Of a stretch of DNA of 57,436 nt, positions 9,140 through 18,405 are shown piece by piece. The stretch lies in assembly GCA_038245115.1 (NCBI GenBank), contig JBBRSS010000006.1, positions 1 to 57,436 of the forward strand. The letters are read 5' to 3'. This DNA comes from Candidatus Saccharimonadia bacterium. Lineage in GTDB: Bacteria > Patescibacteriota > Saccharimonadia > UBA4664. The notes under the pieces were generated by a model. That model was not told the DNA's origin, ran no database searches, and saw only the letters and a program-made list of their open reading frames with translations. Every line of letters starts with the position of its first letter. The stretch's first letter is position 1. The translations under genes and the position numbers were made by a program.

Positions 9140-9746
9140 GCAAGATAAACTAGCCGGAAACAATTTGTATATCGTGCTGTTATTGGTGACGTTACTGGCT
9201 CTGGGCTCAACGGCCTTGATAGGTAAGGCGCTGGTGAGCAAGATTGTGCGTGATACAAAAGTTGTGACGGCCAAGGATAAGGCCGAAAAACAACTCACTG
9301 AGAATTTGACTACCGCACCAAAGCTAGTGGACGCATATAATGCGATGACTTCCGAGAAGAGTGTACTGGCGGACGCACTTCCGACAAGTTCAGATCTGCC
9401 ATCATTACTGGTGACGTATGAGAATATGGCGGCGCAGGCAGGCATTAAACTGACTAGTGTAAGTACGGTTGCCTACGGAACGCCGGTTGTTCCAGTAAAA
9501 ACTACGTCATCGACAAGCGGCATTGTTACGCCGGCTCCAAAAACCTATACCACCAGTTATAATTTTACGGGCAGTTATGTATCGCTAACTAAATTATTCG
9601 CTGCAGTTGAACTGAACGCTCGTCCGATGCGAATCACGGGCGTGAATTTAAACGGTAGCGGTACGGCATTGAATGGCGATATCACCGTTGAAACATATTT
9701 CCAGGATAAGGCCGAACTACCAATTGGGACGGAGATAATAAAATGA
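9129..9746 (+). CDS. pilO: PilO-like pilus assembly protein
   Basis: 205 aa with an N-terminal TM followed by a coiled region. The call rests on its position after pilN, which it overlaps. Confidence 0.6.
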   Translation: MATKQDKLAGNNLYIVLLLVTLLALGSTALIGKALVSKIVRDTKVVTAKDKAEKQLTENLTTAPKLVDAYNAMTSEKSVLADALPTSSDLPSLLVTYENMAAQAGIKLTSVSTVAYGTPVVPVKTTSSTSGIVTPAPKTYTTSYNFTGSYVSLTKLFAAVELNARPMRITGVNLNGSGTALNGDITVETYFQDKAELPIGTEIIK

Positions 9747-9994
9747 AAAAGAAAGATTTGATATATTTGATAGTCGCTGTGACGATATTCCTTGTAACGG
9801 GATATGTTGGGTATACGCAGTTGATACCAAAGAAGGCTTCGGCTAGCGTAGTCACGGTGGAGGTAGTCGGATCAATCCCGGATCATTTGGATGAGGCCGG
9901 ATTGGCGGCTCTGAGTGACAGAACTAAAGTTCAGGATTTCAATTCGCCGGTAGACTTAACTGGCCTGGGCAACGCAGCAGTATTTGGGCGATAG
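9743..9994 (+). CDS. Small single-pass membrane protein in the pilus operon
   Basis: 83 aa with TM LIYLIVAVTIFLVTGYVGY. 4-nt overlap with the pilO-like gene. Confidence 0.55.
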   Translation: MKKKDLIYLIVAVTIFLVTGYVGYTQLIPKKASASVVTVEVVGSIPDHLDEAGLAALSDRTKVQDFNSPVDLTGLGNAAVFGR

Positions 9995-10023
9995 TCGAAA
10001 ACGGGGAGATGAGGGCATGACAA

Positions 10024-11796
10024 ATGCTATCGGTTGAAAGCCAGCATAGAATAGAGGAATTGATTCTCGAGGGTAAGCTGCTTACGTCCGGGAATTTGGA
10101 GACGGCTAAAGTTGACGCGCTCAAGGCTTCGAAGCCGTTGATTGCCTATATTGCTGAGAAAAATTTGGTGGGAGAGGAAGATCTGACGCGCATCTCCGCT
10201 GAGGCTACAGGTGTGCCATACGCCAACTTACGAACCTTAACCGTGCCTGACGATGTTATGAGGCTGCTACCGAAGGAGACCGCTGAATCTTATATGGCGG
10301 TACCGTTCGGGATGCAGAACGGTCGGTTGGCAGTGGCTATGCTCGACCCGACAAACATTCAGGCCGTGGATTTTTTGGGGCGCAAATTGGGGCGTACACT
10401 GACGGTGTATTTGGCATCGCGCGGGTCGATCGACCATGTGCTAGGGCAGGCACACGCAGATGTTTCGGCTGATTTGGCGGTGGCTATGGATATTGCGAAT
10501 GTCGAAGATCATCCCAAGGTGGCTTTGAAGAACCCCAAAGCAATGCAGAATTTAGTGCAGGATGCGCCAATTACCAGGGCACTGAATGCGATACTGGATT
10601 ACGCAGCTCAGAGCCGCGCTTCGGATATTCACGTGGAGCCGCGCGAGCACGAGCTAAAGATTCGCTATCGTATTGATGGTATTTTGCAAGAAACTATGAC
10701 TTTGCCGAAGAGTATTGAGCCGGCCCTGATATCTCGAATAAAAATTTTGTCCAATCTGCGTATTGATGAACACCGCATCCCTCAGGATGGTCAGTTTCAG
10801 ATTAGCTCCAGCGGCCGGGAGATTGACCTGCGTATTGCTATTTCGCCGGTGGTCTGGGGTGAGCAGGTGGTTATTCGGTTGTTAGATAAGACGGGCACCG
10901 TGTTGACCCTGGAGGCTTTGGGCTTCCGAGGTCGAGCGGCTCGGCTGATTTCGGCGGGTATCCACCGACCGCACGGCATGACGCTGTCGACTGGTCCTAC
11001 CGGTTCGGGTAAGTCGACCACGCTGTACGCGGTTGTCCAGGAGCTTAAGGATGTTTCTATCAACATTGTGACGCTTGAAGACCCGGTGGAGTACAAGATG
11101 GACGGGATTAATCAGATTCAAGTAAATGCGGATGTGGGGCTGACGTTTGCTTCGGGGTTGCGCAGCATTTTGCGCCAAGATCCTAACGTGGTGCTGGTGG
11201 GGGAAATTCGGGACAAAGAGACGGCTGATCTGGCTGTACAGGCCGCACTGACCGGCCATGTGGTGTTGAGTACCATTCACACCAACTCAGCGGCCGGCGT
11301 GTTGCCGCGGTTGCTGGATATGGGGATTGAGCCATTCTTGATTGCCTCAACCGTGAATACTGTTATTGGGCAACGGTTGGTTCGCAAACTTTGCGGCAAG
11401 TGCAAGCAATCTTATGAGTCGAATCCTGCCGAAACAAAATCGCTTAAGACTACCCTAGAGAACGTGCTGCCAAAAACGAATGCCGAGACGGAGAAGGTCA
11501 AGAAGGATGTTGGCTACGATGTGGTTCCGACGGCAGATCAGGATACGTTTAAGCTCTATAAGGCGGTGGGCTGCAGCGAGTGCGTGAAGGGGTATAAGGG
11601 TCGAATAGGTATTTATGAAGTGTTTGCCATGACGCCCGATATGGAGAAGCTACTGCTGTCTCATTCGACGACGAGCGAGGTCCAAGGTCAGGCAGCGAAA
11701 GACGGCATGCTCACAATGAAGCAGGACGGGTATTTCAAGGTCTTGAATGCACTCACGACAATAGAAGAAGTGGCGCGGGTCGCCGCAGATTTCTAA
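10024..11796 (+). CDS. pilB: Type IV pilus extension ATPase PilB (GspE family)
   Basis: 590 aa. Walker A GPTGSGKST, a GspE-type core (LRQDPNVVLVGEIRD) and a C-terminal Cys cluster CGKC...CSEC. Confidence 0.9.
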   Translation: MLSVESQHRIEELILEGKLLTSGNLETAKVDALKASKPLIAYIAEKNLVGEEDLTRISAEATGVPYANLRTLTVPDDVMRLLPKETAESYMAVPFGMQNGRLAVAMLDPTNIQAVDFLGRKLGRTLTVYLASRGSIDHVLGQAHADVSADLAVAMDIANVEDHPKVALKNPKAMQNLVQDAPITRALNAILDYAAQSRASDIHVEPREHELKIRYRIDGILQETMTLPKSIEPALISRIKILSNLRIDEHRIPQDGQFQISSSGREIDLRIAISPVVWGEQVVIRLLDKTGTVLTLEALGFRGRAARLISAGIHRPHGMTLSTGPTGSGKSTTLYAVVQELKDVSINIVTLEDPVEYKMDGINQIQVNADVGLTFASGLRSILRQDPNVVLVGEIRDKETADLAVQAALTGHVVLSTIHTNSAAGVLPRLLDMGIEPFLIASTVNTVIGQRLVRKLCGKCKQSYESNPAETKSLKTTLENVLPKTNAETEKVKKDVGYDVVPTADQDTFKLYKAVGCSECVKGYKGRIGIYEVFAMTPDMEKLLLSHSTTSEVQGQAAKDGMLTMKQDGYFKVLNALTTIEEVARVAADF

Positions 11797-11891
11797 AAAA
11801 ACCGACGGTGTGCATTCTCAAGCTTCTTGTGCTTTAATAGTGATATCAGTAGAGGTGAAAGTTGGAGAGAAGCGCGCTCAAAATCGAAACA

Positions 11892-12932
11892 ATGCTCGAG
11901 CAGGTGAGTCGGGCAGAAGCCTCGGATCTTCACCTGCAAGTTGGACTAGCCCCAATGCTACGGGTGGACGGGGGTTTAGTGCCCATCGAAGACACTCCAA
12001 AATTGGAGCCTTCGGACGTGGAGAAGCTAGTCTTTTCCATCCTGGATGACGATCAGAAAGAGATTTTGTTAAAAGATAAAGAAGTGGATTTTTCCTTTGC
12101 ATTCGGCAATTATGGACGTTTTCGGGTAAATGCCTTTCATGAGCGCGGCAATTTGGCGGCGGCATTTCGGCTGATACCGTCGAAAATTCGGACGCTAGAA
12201 GACTTGGTGATGCCGAAGGTGCTGCAGGAGTTCACCAAGTTCCCGCGCGGCTTGGTGCTGGTGACCGGCCCGACTGGCTCCGGTAAAAGTACGACGCTGG
12301 CGGCGATGGTCGACAAGATCAACTCCGAGCAGAGTAAGCACATTTTGACCATTGAAGACCCGATTGAGTACGCGCACACCTCCAAGAAATCGATCGTGGT
12401 TCAGCGTGAAATTCATTACGATACCTACTCTTTCTCGGCGGCTTTGCGCTCGAGTTTGCGCCAAGATCCGGATGTAGTGCTCATTGGTGAGATGCGAGAT
12501 CTGGAAACTATTGCGGCGGCTGTGACGATTGCTGAAACCGGCCACCTGGTGCTGGCGACGCTGCACACTAACAGCGCGGCACAGTCTATCGACCGTATGG
12601 TGGACGTGTTCCCGCCGCATCAACAGCAGCAGATTCGGGTGCAGCTGGCTGGTATGCTGCAGGGCATTGTGAGTCAGCGATTGGTGCCGGGCATCGGCGG
12701 TGGTCGGGTGGTGGCGGCCGAGATTCTGGTGGTTACTGGCGCTGTACGTAACATTATTCGCGAGGGCAAGACTCACCAGCTGGACGCAGTTATTCAGACC
12801 GGGGCTGAGTATGGGATGCAGAGTATGGACCGTCAGCTGATTCAGCTGGTGCAAGAGGGCAAGATTACCTACGATGAAGCCAAGAATTTTGCGGTAGATC
12901 TGCAAGAGATGGAAAGGTTGATGCGCGGGTAG
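11892..12932 (+). CDS. pilT: Twitching-motility retraction ATPase PilT
   Basis: ATG 11892 gives MLEQVSRAEASDLHLQVG. Walker A GPTGSGKST, LRQDPDVVLIGEMRD, and a size of ~346 aa. The ORF track starts at TTG 11862. Confidence 0.9.
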   Translation: MLEQVSRAEASDLHLQVGLAPMLRVDGGLVPIEDTPKLEPSDVEKLVFSILDDDQKEILLKDKEVDFSFAFGNYGRFRVNAFHERGNLAAAFRLIPSKIRTLEDLVMPKVLQEFTKFPRGLVLVTGPTGSGKSTTLAAMVDKINSEQSKHILTIEDPIEYAHTSKKSIVVQREIHYDTYSFSAALRSSLRQDPDVVLIGEMRDLETIAAAVTIAETGHLVLATLHTNSAAQSIDRMVDVFPPHQQQQIRVQLAGMLQGIVSQRLVPGIGGGRVVAAEILVVTGAVRNIIREGKTHQLDAVIQTGAEYGMQSMDRQLIQLVQEGKITYDEAKNFAVDLQEMERLMRG

Positions 12933-12935
12933 CTT

Positions 12936-14162
12936 ATGCAAACTTTTAACTATACTGCCCACAAAACTGACAACGGCGAGCTGATTAAGGCTGAGGTACA
13001 GGCCGAGAGTGAGCGGGCGGCAGCGAAGTTGCTGATGGCGCAAGGCTTGTTCCCGATTGATATTTCATCCAAGGCGGCCGAGAGTTTCTTGGAAAAAAAC
13101 GGCATCGGATCCAGAGTGGGCGCCAAAGACCGGGTGATATTCACGCGCCAGCTCTCAACATTGATTAATGCCGGGCTACCGTTGACCCAGTCGCTCCATA
13201 CGGTTTCAGACCAGATTACCAACAAGACTCTCAATCATATTGTCGGTGAGGTTGTGACGAGCGTGGAGGCCGGAACAAGCCTGAGCCAATCGTTTGCCAA
13301 GTATCCTAAGGTCTTTAGTGATATATACGTGAGTTTGGTCGCGGCCGGGGAAACATCCGGTTCGCTCGATAAAGCGCTGGAGCGCATTGCTAACCAGCAA
13401 GAAAAAGACGCAGCTATCGTGGGCAAGATTCGCAGCGCGCTGATTTACCCGGTGATTGTGTTGGGCGTGATTATGCTGGTTCTGGTGTTTATGCTTACGA
13501 CGGTGCTGCCTCAGGTAGGGGGACTGTACCACGATCTGCATAAGCCGCTGCCGTTCCTGACTCAGATACTAATGGTTATTTCGACCTTCATTATGAATTT
13601 TTGGTATCTATGTATCCTTGGTGCCATTGGTTTGGTATATTCGCTCCGAAATTATGTTAAGACTGAAAACGGCCGGTCTATCGCGGATCAGTTTAAGCTG
13701 AATGTGCCGATATTTGGTCGGATTTACCGAAAAGTATACATGGCGCGGTTCTCGCGCACCCTTGGCACAATGTTGCAGAGTGGTATCCCAATGCTCGAGG
13801 CGCTGCGGATCGTGAAGGACGCTATTGATAACGTGCATGTGGAGAAAGTTATCGCAAAGTCGATGGAAGAGGTGAAGGGGGGCAAGGCGCTGTCGACTTC
13901 ACTCGAGGGCGAGGCGGCCTTCACGACGCTGGTGCCGCAGATGATTAAGATTGGTGAACAGTCGGGCGCGATCGACTCGATGCTCGACCGGGTGGCGACC
14001 TACTATGAGGACGAAGTAGACGAAGAGGTGAAGAACATCTCGACTACTATAGAGCCGATAATGATGGTGGTATTGGGCGTAACGGTGGGCGGCGTGATAG
14101 CGGCCATTCTGATGCCGGTGTACTCGTTGGTGGGTAGCGGTAGTATTGATAATCTGAAATAA
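12936..14162 (+). CDS. pilC: Type IV pilus platform protein PilC (GspF family)
   Basis: 408 aa, polytopic, with the duplicated GspF-type domain pattern. Sits between pilT and the pilin gene. Confidence 0.9.
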   Translation: MQTFNYTAHKTDNGELIKAEVQAESERAAAKLLMAQGLFPIDISSKAAESFLEKNGIGSRVGAKDRVIFTRQLSTLINAGLPLTQSLHTVSDQITNKTLNHIVGEVVTSVEAGTSLSQSFAKYPKVFSDIYVSLVAAGETSGSLDKALERIANQQEKDAAIVGKIRSALIYPVIVLGVIMLVLVFMLTTVLPQVGGLYHDLHKPLPFLTQILMVISTFIMNFWYLCILGAIGLVYSLRNYVKTENGRSIADQFKLNVPIFGRIYRKVYMARFSRTLGTMLQSGIPMLEALRIVKDAIDNVHVEKVIAKSMEEVKGGKALSTSLEGEAAFTTLVPQMIKIGEQSGAIDSMLDRVATYYEDEVDEEVKNISTTIEPIMMVVLGVTVGGVIAAILMPVYSLVGSGSIDNLK

Positions 14163-14171
14163 CGAAATAAG

Positions 14172-14201
14172 TTGACACTGGCATAGCATAAGCGCGATAC
14201 T
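14172..14201 (+). promoter_or_regulatory. Candidate sigma70-type promoter of the major pilin gene
   Basis: TTGACA (14172-14177), 18-nt spacer, GATACT (14196-14201), about 35-50 nt upstream of the pilin start. Confidence 0.4.
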
Positions 14202-14234
14202 AGATCCAAGTTGTAATAATTCAACGTCAAATAA

Positions 14235-14732
14235 TTGAAAGGTGAGTTTAAGGTGAGTAACCTCCTCAAGAAAGAAAAGGGATTTACCCTTATAGAAATA
14301 GTTCTCGTCTTGGCCATCGCGGGGCTTCTGCTCGTGATTGTGTTCTTGGCAGTATCCGGAGCTCAGAAGAGCCGTCGCGACACGCAGCGCAAGAATGATC
14401 TGAGCACGGTTGCAGCTCAGCTCGAAAGCTTTGCTTCGAACAACAATGGTAAGTATCCGGAAGATGCTACGCTACCTACGGCGACGACATTTGCAGCCTT
14501 TGCTACGGCATATAAGCTTAATTTGGTTACAGGCAATTTGAAAGATGCTCTAAGCGGTAATGTTTATACGTTTGCCGACGGGGCAACTCCGACCGTTCCG
14601 TCTGCGACCACATCGGCCGGGGTAAGCTATGTCCTCGGTAGTGACTGTGACGGAGTGGCGTCCGGAACTCGGGTGTATGCCGTCTACATCGGCCTCGAGC
14701 AAGGTGCGAAGAATTGCCGAACCAACAAGTAA
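14235..14732 (+). CDS. pilA: Major type IV pilin (prepilin)
   Basis: Class III leader and N-methylation motif KEKG|FTLIEIVLVLAIAGLLL. C-terminal Cys pair (GSDCDG...AKNCRTNK). The likely true start is GTG 14253, after the GAAAGGTGAG RBS. Confidence 0.9.
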   Translation: MKGEFKVSNLLKKEKGFTLIEIVLVLAIAGLLLVIVFLAVSGAQKSRRDTQRKNDLSTVAAQLESFASNNNGKYPEDATLPTATTFAAFATAYKLNLVTGNLKDALSGNVYTFADGATPTVPSATTSAGVSYVLGSDCDGVASGTRVYAVYIGLEQGAKNCRTNK

Positions 14733-14750
14733 ATCCGGTTTGACCGAAAA

Positions 14751-14775
14751 AAGAGGCCCTCGGGCCTCTTTTTTT
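14751..14775 (+). terminator. Rho-independent terminator/attenuator after the pilin gene
   Basis: 8-bp stem aagaggcc/ggcctctt with loop ctcg, followed by a T-run. Confidence 0.75.
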
Positions 14776-14790
14776 GTGTATAATCTGGTT

Positions 14791-15606
14791 ATGGTTAATG
14801 ACGCACAAATGGTGGTGGCAGTAATGTACGGGGTGATCGGAGGGCTGTTTGGCCTAATGTTCGGCTCGGCGATTAACGCGATGGTGTGGCGACTGAAGGT
14901 GGGCCGCAGTTGGGTGAAGGGGCGGAGTGTTTGCCCGGATTGCGACCATACGCTGGCGGCTAAGGATTTGGTGCCGGTGCTGTCGTGGATGGTGCTGCGT
15001 GGCAAGTGCCGATATTGTCGGGCGCCTATTCAGGACACTCCGGTGGCTGAGCTGGTGACAGCAGGGGTGTTTGCGGTGTCGGTGGCAGTTATTATGCCTA
15101 CCGCAACAGTTGGGTACGTTAAGCTGGGCTTTTGGTTGGTCTTGGTGGTGCTAATGCTGGTGCTCGCCGTATACGATGCGCGTTGGTTGGAACTGCCAGA
15201 TAGCATAATGAAGCCGCTGGTGGCGGTGGCTTTGGTCTACGCGGCTACGATGGCCTGGTTGACCCACTCACCGCAGGTCCTTTTGGGATCGCTGGAGGCA
15301 GCCGTGGTGGCCGGTGGCGCCTTTGCTTTGCTGGTGGCCGTGTCGAAGGGCCGGGCGATGGGCGGGGGAGACGTGAAGCTGGCTTTTGCTATGGGGCTTA
15401 TTTTGGGGGTGCAAGGGACAGCCGTGGGAATGTTGGTGGCGTTTAATACGGCAGCAGTCGTGGGAGTAGTACTTATTGCCACGAAGAAGAAGGGGTTTAA
15501 GAATCAGATTCCCTTTGGGCCGTATTTAGTGGGGGGTACAGTTGTGGCGTTTTTATTCGCCAGGTCAATTGCGGGCTGGTATTTGCGACTAAATGGCTTG
15601 CAGTAA
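14791..15606 (+). CDS. pilD: Prepilin peptidase / N-methyltransferase PilD (A24 family)
   Basis: ATG 14791. Cys motif CPDCDH...CRYCRAPI, active-site GGGDVKL, polytopic. The upstream ORF extension to 14629 overlaps the pilin gene and the terminator. Confidence 0.9.
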   Translation: MVNDAQMVVAVMYGVIGGLFGLMFGSAINAMVWRLKVGRSWVKGRSVCPDCDHTLAAKDLVPVLSWMVLRGKCRYCRAPIQDTPVAELVTAGVFAVSVAVIMPTATVGYVKLGFWLVLVVLMLVLAVYDARWLELPDSIMKPLVAVALVYAATMAWLTHSPQVLLGSLEAAVVAGGAFALLVAVSKGRAMGGGDVKLAFAMGLILGVQGTAVGMLVAFNTAAVVGVVLIATKKKGFKNQIPFGPYLVGGTVVAFLFARSIAGWYLRLNGLQ

Positions 15607-15642
15607 GCGGGCGAAGTTGATTGTGATATATTGAAAGTACTT

Positions 15643-16317
15643 ATGTCTAGAAAACATACATTGAGGAGTCAGTCGGGGTTCACCTTGGTTGAAATAATAT
15701 TGGTACTGGCTATTAGCTCCACGATGCTAACGATTGCTTTTGTGGGGCAGCGTCAGCTGCGAAGCAGAGCGCAGTTCGATGCGGCAATTGAGAAGGTGGT
15801 GTCCAGTATCTCGAACGCCCAAAATCAGGCGACGGCGGGCGTGAACACGCAAGGATCGGGGGATGGGCTGGCGGCCGGTATGTGCCCGACGGGACCATCG
15901 CCAACAGTTGCGAATCCGGTTGTGTTCGCGGGTACGACCTGGACTATAGATGGGAAGGCTAGCGCTCCATCTGTTGCGACAATTTCAATTGACTATTACA
16001 AGGCGATACCGGGGCTGAGCCCGGCTTCCGCTTGCATCTTTGATAGTCAGTCAATCGGGTTGCCTAGTGATGTTTCGCTAGTTGGTGCCGCAGCAAGACG
16101 GGTGGCCGGGCTGGTATTTATGAGGACGAATAATGGATCGCTTGATGTGTGCCCATTGCAGTTGCCGACGGTACCGGCTTTCCAGGCACAATCGAGGCAG
16201 GCATTCGTCGGGAGTGCTTGCCCGAATGCAGCGCTCACTTTTACTCTGCAAGACACTGAAGGCCATATTTCGGATATTCAGGTAGATCCCAGCGGCTTAG
16301 CGAAGAGGTTGAATTAG
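15643..16317 (+). CDS. Minor pilin / pseudopilin
   Basis: ATG 15643 gives MSRKHTLRSQSG|FTLVEIILVLAISS, a prepilin leader plus hydrophobic helix. Confidence 0.8.
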   Translation: MSRKHTLRSQSGFTLVEIILVLAISSTMLTIAFVGQRQLRSRAQFDAAIEKVVSSISNAQNQATAGVNTQGSGDGLAAGMCPTGPSPTVANPVVFAGTTWTIDGKASAPSVATISIDYYKAIPGLSPASACIFDSQSIGLPSDVSLVGAAARRVAGLVFMRTNNGSLDVCPLQLPTVPAFQAQSRQAFVGSACPNAALTFTLQDTEGHISDIQVDPSGLAKRLN

Positions 16318-16318
16318 C

Positions 16319-16897
16319 GTGAGTAGATTGAGTGATACTTTGAAAGCAGTTATGGCGCCAGAGGGTGGGTTTACGTTGATTGAGCTGTTGGTGGCGATGT
16401 CAATATTTAGTTTTATGCTCCTGATAGTATCGAGCGGTTTTATAAATATCGTGCATATTCATGATCAAGCGGTGGCGGCCAATACAGTTCAGGATAATGC
16501 GCGCACAACAATGGATGAGCTGGTGAGAGGGGTTCGAACTTCGAACGCGGTCTTGCCGAGTGCGGCGAATACTTTGTGCCTGTCGAATTCGATTAACGGG
16601 ATCTATACGCTGTATTACGTCACTGGCGGAGTTATGAGGCGGGCCGATTCGCCAACTTGCACGGCGCCAGGTTTGAACGTTCAAGATATTACCTCGAGCA
16701 TAGTCAACGTGGTTGATTTTACGGTGGTGGTAGATGCAACCAGCAGGCCCAAGCAGCAGGTGAATTTATCGATAACGGTGACCCCGGTGAACGGCACCGC
16801 CCAGTTAGTATCGGGCAAGTGGGTCTGTGGCCCCAACAACTCGGATCGGACATTTTGCTCAATAATAACGCTTAATTCTGGGGCGGTATCACGATGA
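16319..16897 (+). CDS. Minor pilin (PilW/PilV-like)
   Basis: PEGG|FTLIELLVAMSIFSFMLL prepilin motif. 192 aa. Confidence 0.8.
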   Translation: MSRLSDTLKAVMAPEGGFTLIELLVAMSIFSFMLLIVSSGFINIVHIHDQAVAANTVQDNARTTMDELVRGVRTSNAVLPSAANTLCLSNSINGIYTLYYVTGGVMRRADSPTCTAPGLNVQDITSSIVNVVDFTVVVDATSRPKQQVNLSITVTPVNGTAQLVSGKWVCGPNNSDRTFCSIITLNSGAVSR

Positions 16898-17892
16898 ATA
16901 ATCAACGCGGATTTGTGTCACTTTTTACAGCTATTATGCTGAGTCTCTTGTTGCTGGTAATTACCGTTAGTATGATTTCGCTCGAGGTGCTGCAGCTGCG
17001 CAAGTCGGAGGATTCGGAGCAGACGATGCGGGCATACTACGCGGCCGAGGCGGGGATTGAGGATGCGACGGCCAAGGTGCTCAATGGTACCTGGACGCCA
17101 GCAATGGGCGATCGAACTTGTGCGACTTCCGGCGCGAGGAATCCAACCTACGACACGACAGGGGCGGCGGGCTGGACTTGTCAGCAAATTATTTTTTCGG
17201 GAAATCCGACCGGTAATGTGGAGGCTGATGCGGCCAAAACTATCGATCCCGGAACAGGGGTTGCTTATAACAGGGTCGTGATCGAATGGAATCAGGCTGG
17301 TGGGTTAAACCCGACGGTGCCGGCCGGCGGGATGCCGAATGCTGCTGCGTATGCGGCAGGTGGTTATCCTCCGGTAATGGAGGCGGCGATTGTGCAGTAT
17401 CCGAACGGGCTGTTTAATTCTCTAAACCCCGCTTTGCAGTTGACTAACGCCGTGATTGTGCCGCGCGGGGCGGCTGGGGGGGTAGTAGACTATAGCCAGA
17501 CTCCTACAGGTCAGCAATTTAGTGGCAATTGCAGGGCTACTACTGCTCCAAGGGCTATCGTATCCGGCCTCAACAGCGTATATAACTGTTACGCCGAGAT
17601 AACCAATTTGAACCCGGCAAACCATTATCTGTTTCGGTTAAGGCCGCGGTATGGGGCTACTTCGTATAAGATGACATTTTTCTCTGGGGCATCAATTGTG
17701 AGCGTACCGGATGGTACGGCAACGATTGATGTGACCGCTATGGCGGGGCAGACCTCGCGCCGGGTTATTTCCAAAGTGCCAATGACTGGCGGGGCGGCCA
17801 GCGGGTTGAATTACGTTATGTATTCGGATAATGATGTCTGCAAGAACTTCGATGTTATCGGCGGCTTGCCTGGGCCGGGTTGTCCTTACTAG
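16894..17892 (+). CDS. PilX-like minor pilin/pilus-associated protein
   Basis: N-terminus QRGFVSLFTAIMLSLLLLVITVSMISLEV...YYAAEAGIEDA resembles the PilX N-terminal domain. 332 aa. 4-nt overlap with the previous gene. Confidence 0.7.
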   Translation: MNNQRGFVSLFTAIMLSLLLLVITVSMISLEVLQLRKSEDSEQTMRAYYAAEAGIEDATAKVLNGTWTPAMGDRTCATSGARNPTYDTTGAAGWTCQQIIFSGNPTGNVEADAAKTIDPGTGVAYNRVVIEWNQAGGLNPTVPAGGMPNAAAYAAGGYPPVMEAAIVQYPNGLFNSLNPALQLTNAVIVPRGAAGGVVDYSQTPTGQQFSGNCRATTAPRAIVSGLNSVYNCYAEITNLNPANHYLFRLRPRYGATSYKMTFFSGASIVSVPDGTATIDVTAMAGQTSRRVISKVPMTGGAASGLNYVMYSDNDVCKNFDVIGGLPGPGCPY

Positions 17893-18405
17893 ATGCGCGG
17901 CAAATATATATCATTTGGAGAACGAGGCGATACCCTTATTGAGGTGACGATGGCTTTGGCCATTTTGTCTTCGGTGTTGTTGTCTTCGACCGTGATTGCT
18001 ACCCGGGCATCAACGCTGGGTCAGGTGGCGGCTGAAAGGACAAGATTGGCAGGTGAGGCCCAGGAACATGTTGAGTCTATGCATGGTTTTCGGGATAACC
18101 ATACCTGGGCAGAATTCTTGGATGGGCAGACCTCGCCATCGTATCAAGGCGTGTTGAGTGCCCGGAGCTCGATTGGGTGCAGAGTTACCTCTCCGTGTAT
18201 GCACATGGGGCTTAACCCGGCTTCGCACTTACCGTTGGGTGGCGGAGTGGCAGGTTCGGTTCCGGCTTCGTATATCGAGATCGCGATCGATCCAGATCCG
18301 GCGTCGACCCCGCCCCAGTTTGTGGACGTAACAGTCAGCTATGGGTTCGATAACCGTGGCGGGGGGGGCGCAAAGTACCGGGCATATCAAGACGCGGTTT
18401 ACTAA
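17893..18405 (+). CDS. Pilin-like protein, probably the 5' part of a frameshift-split modular pilin
   Basis: GERG|DTLIEVTMALAILSSVLL prepilin-type leader. The ORF stops 37 nt after a G8 run (18361-18368). Confidence 0.7.
   Translation: MRGKYISFGERGDTLIEVTMALAILSSVLLSSTVIATRASTLGQVAAERTRLAGEAQEHVESMHGFRDNHTWAEFLDGQTSPSYQGVLSARSSIGCRVTSPCMHMGLNPASHLPLGGGVAGSVPASYIEIAIDPDPASTPPQFVDVTVSYGFDNRGGGGAKYRAYQDAVY

Noticed and set aside
14629-14790. Upstream extension of the pilD ORF, overlapping the 3' end of the pilin gene
   Set aside because: The extension runs through the pilin coding region and its terminator hairpin. ATG 14791 gives a normal PilD N-terminus (hydrophobic, then the Cys motif). The extension is an artefact of no in-frame stop.
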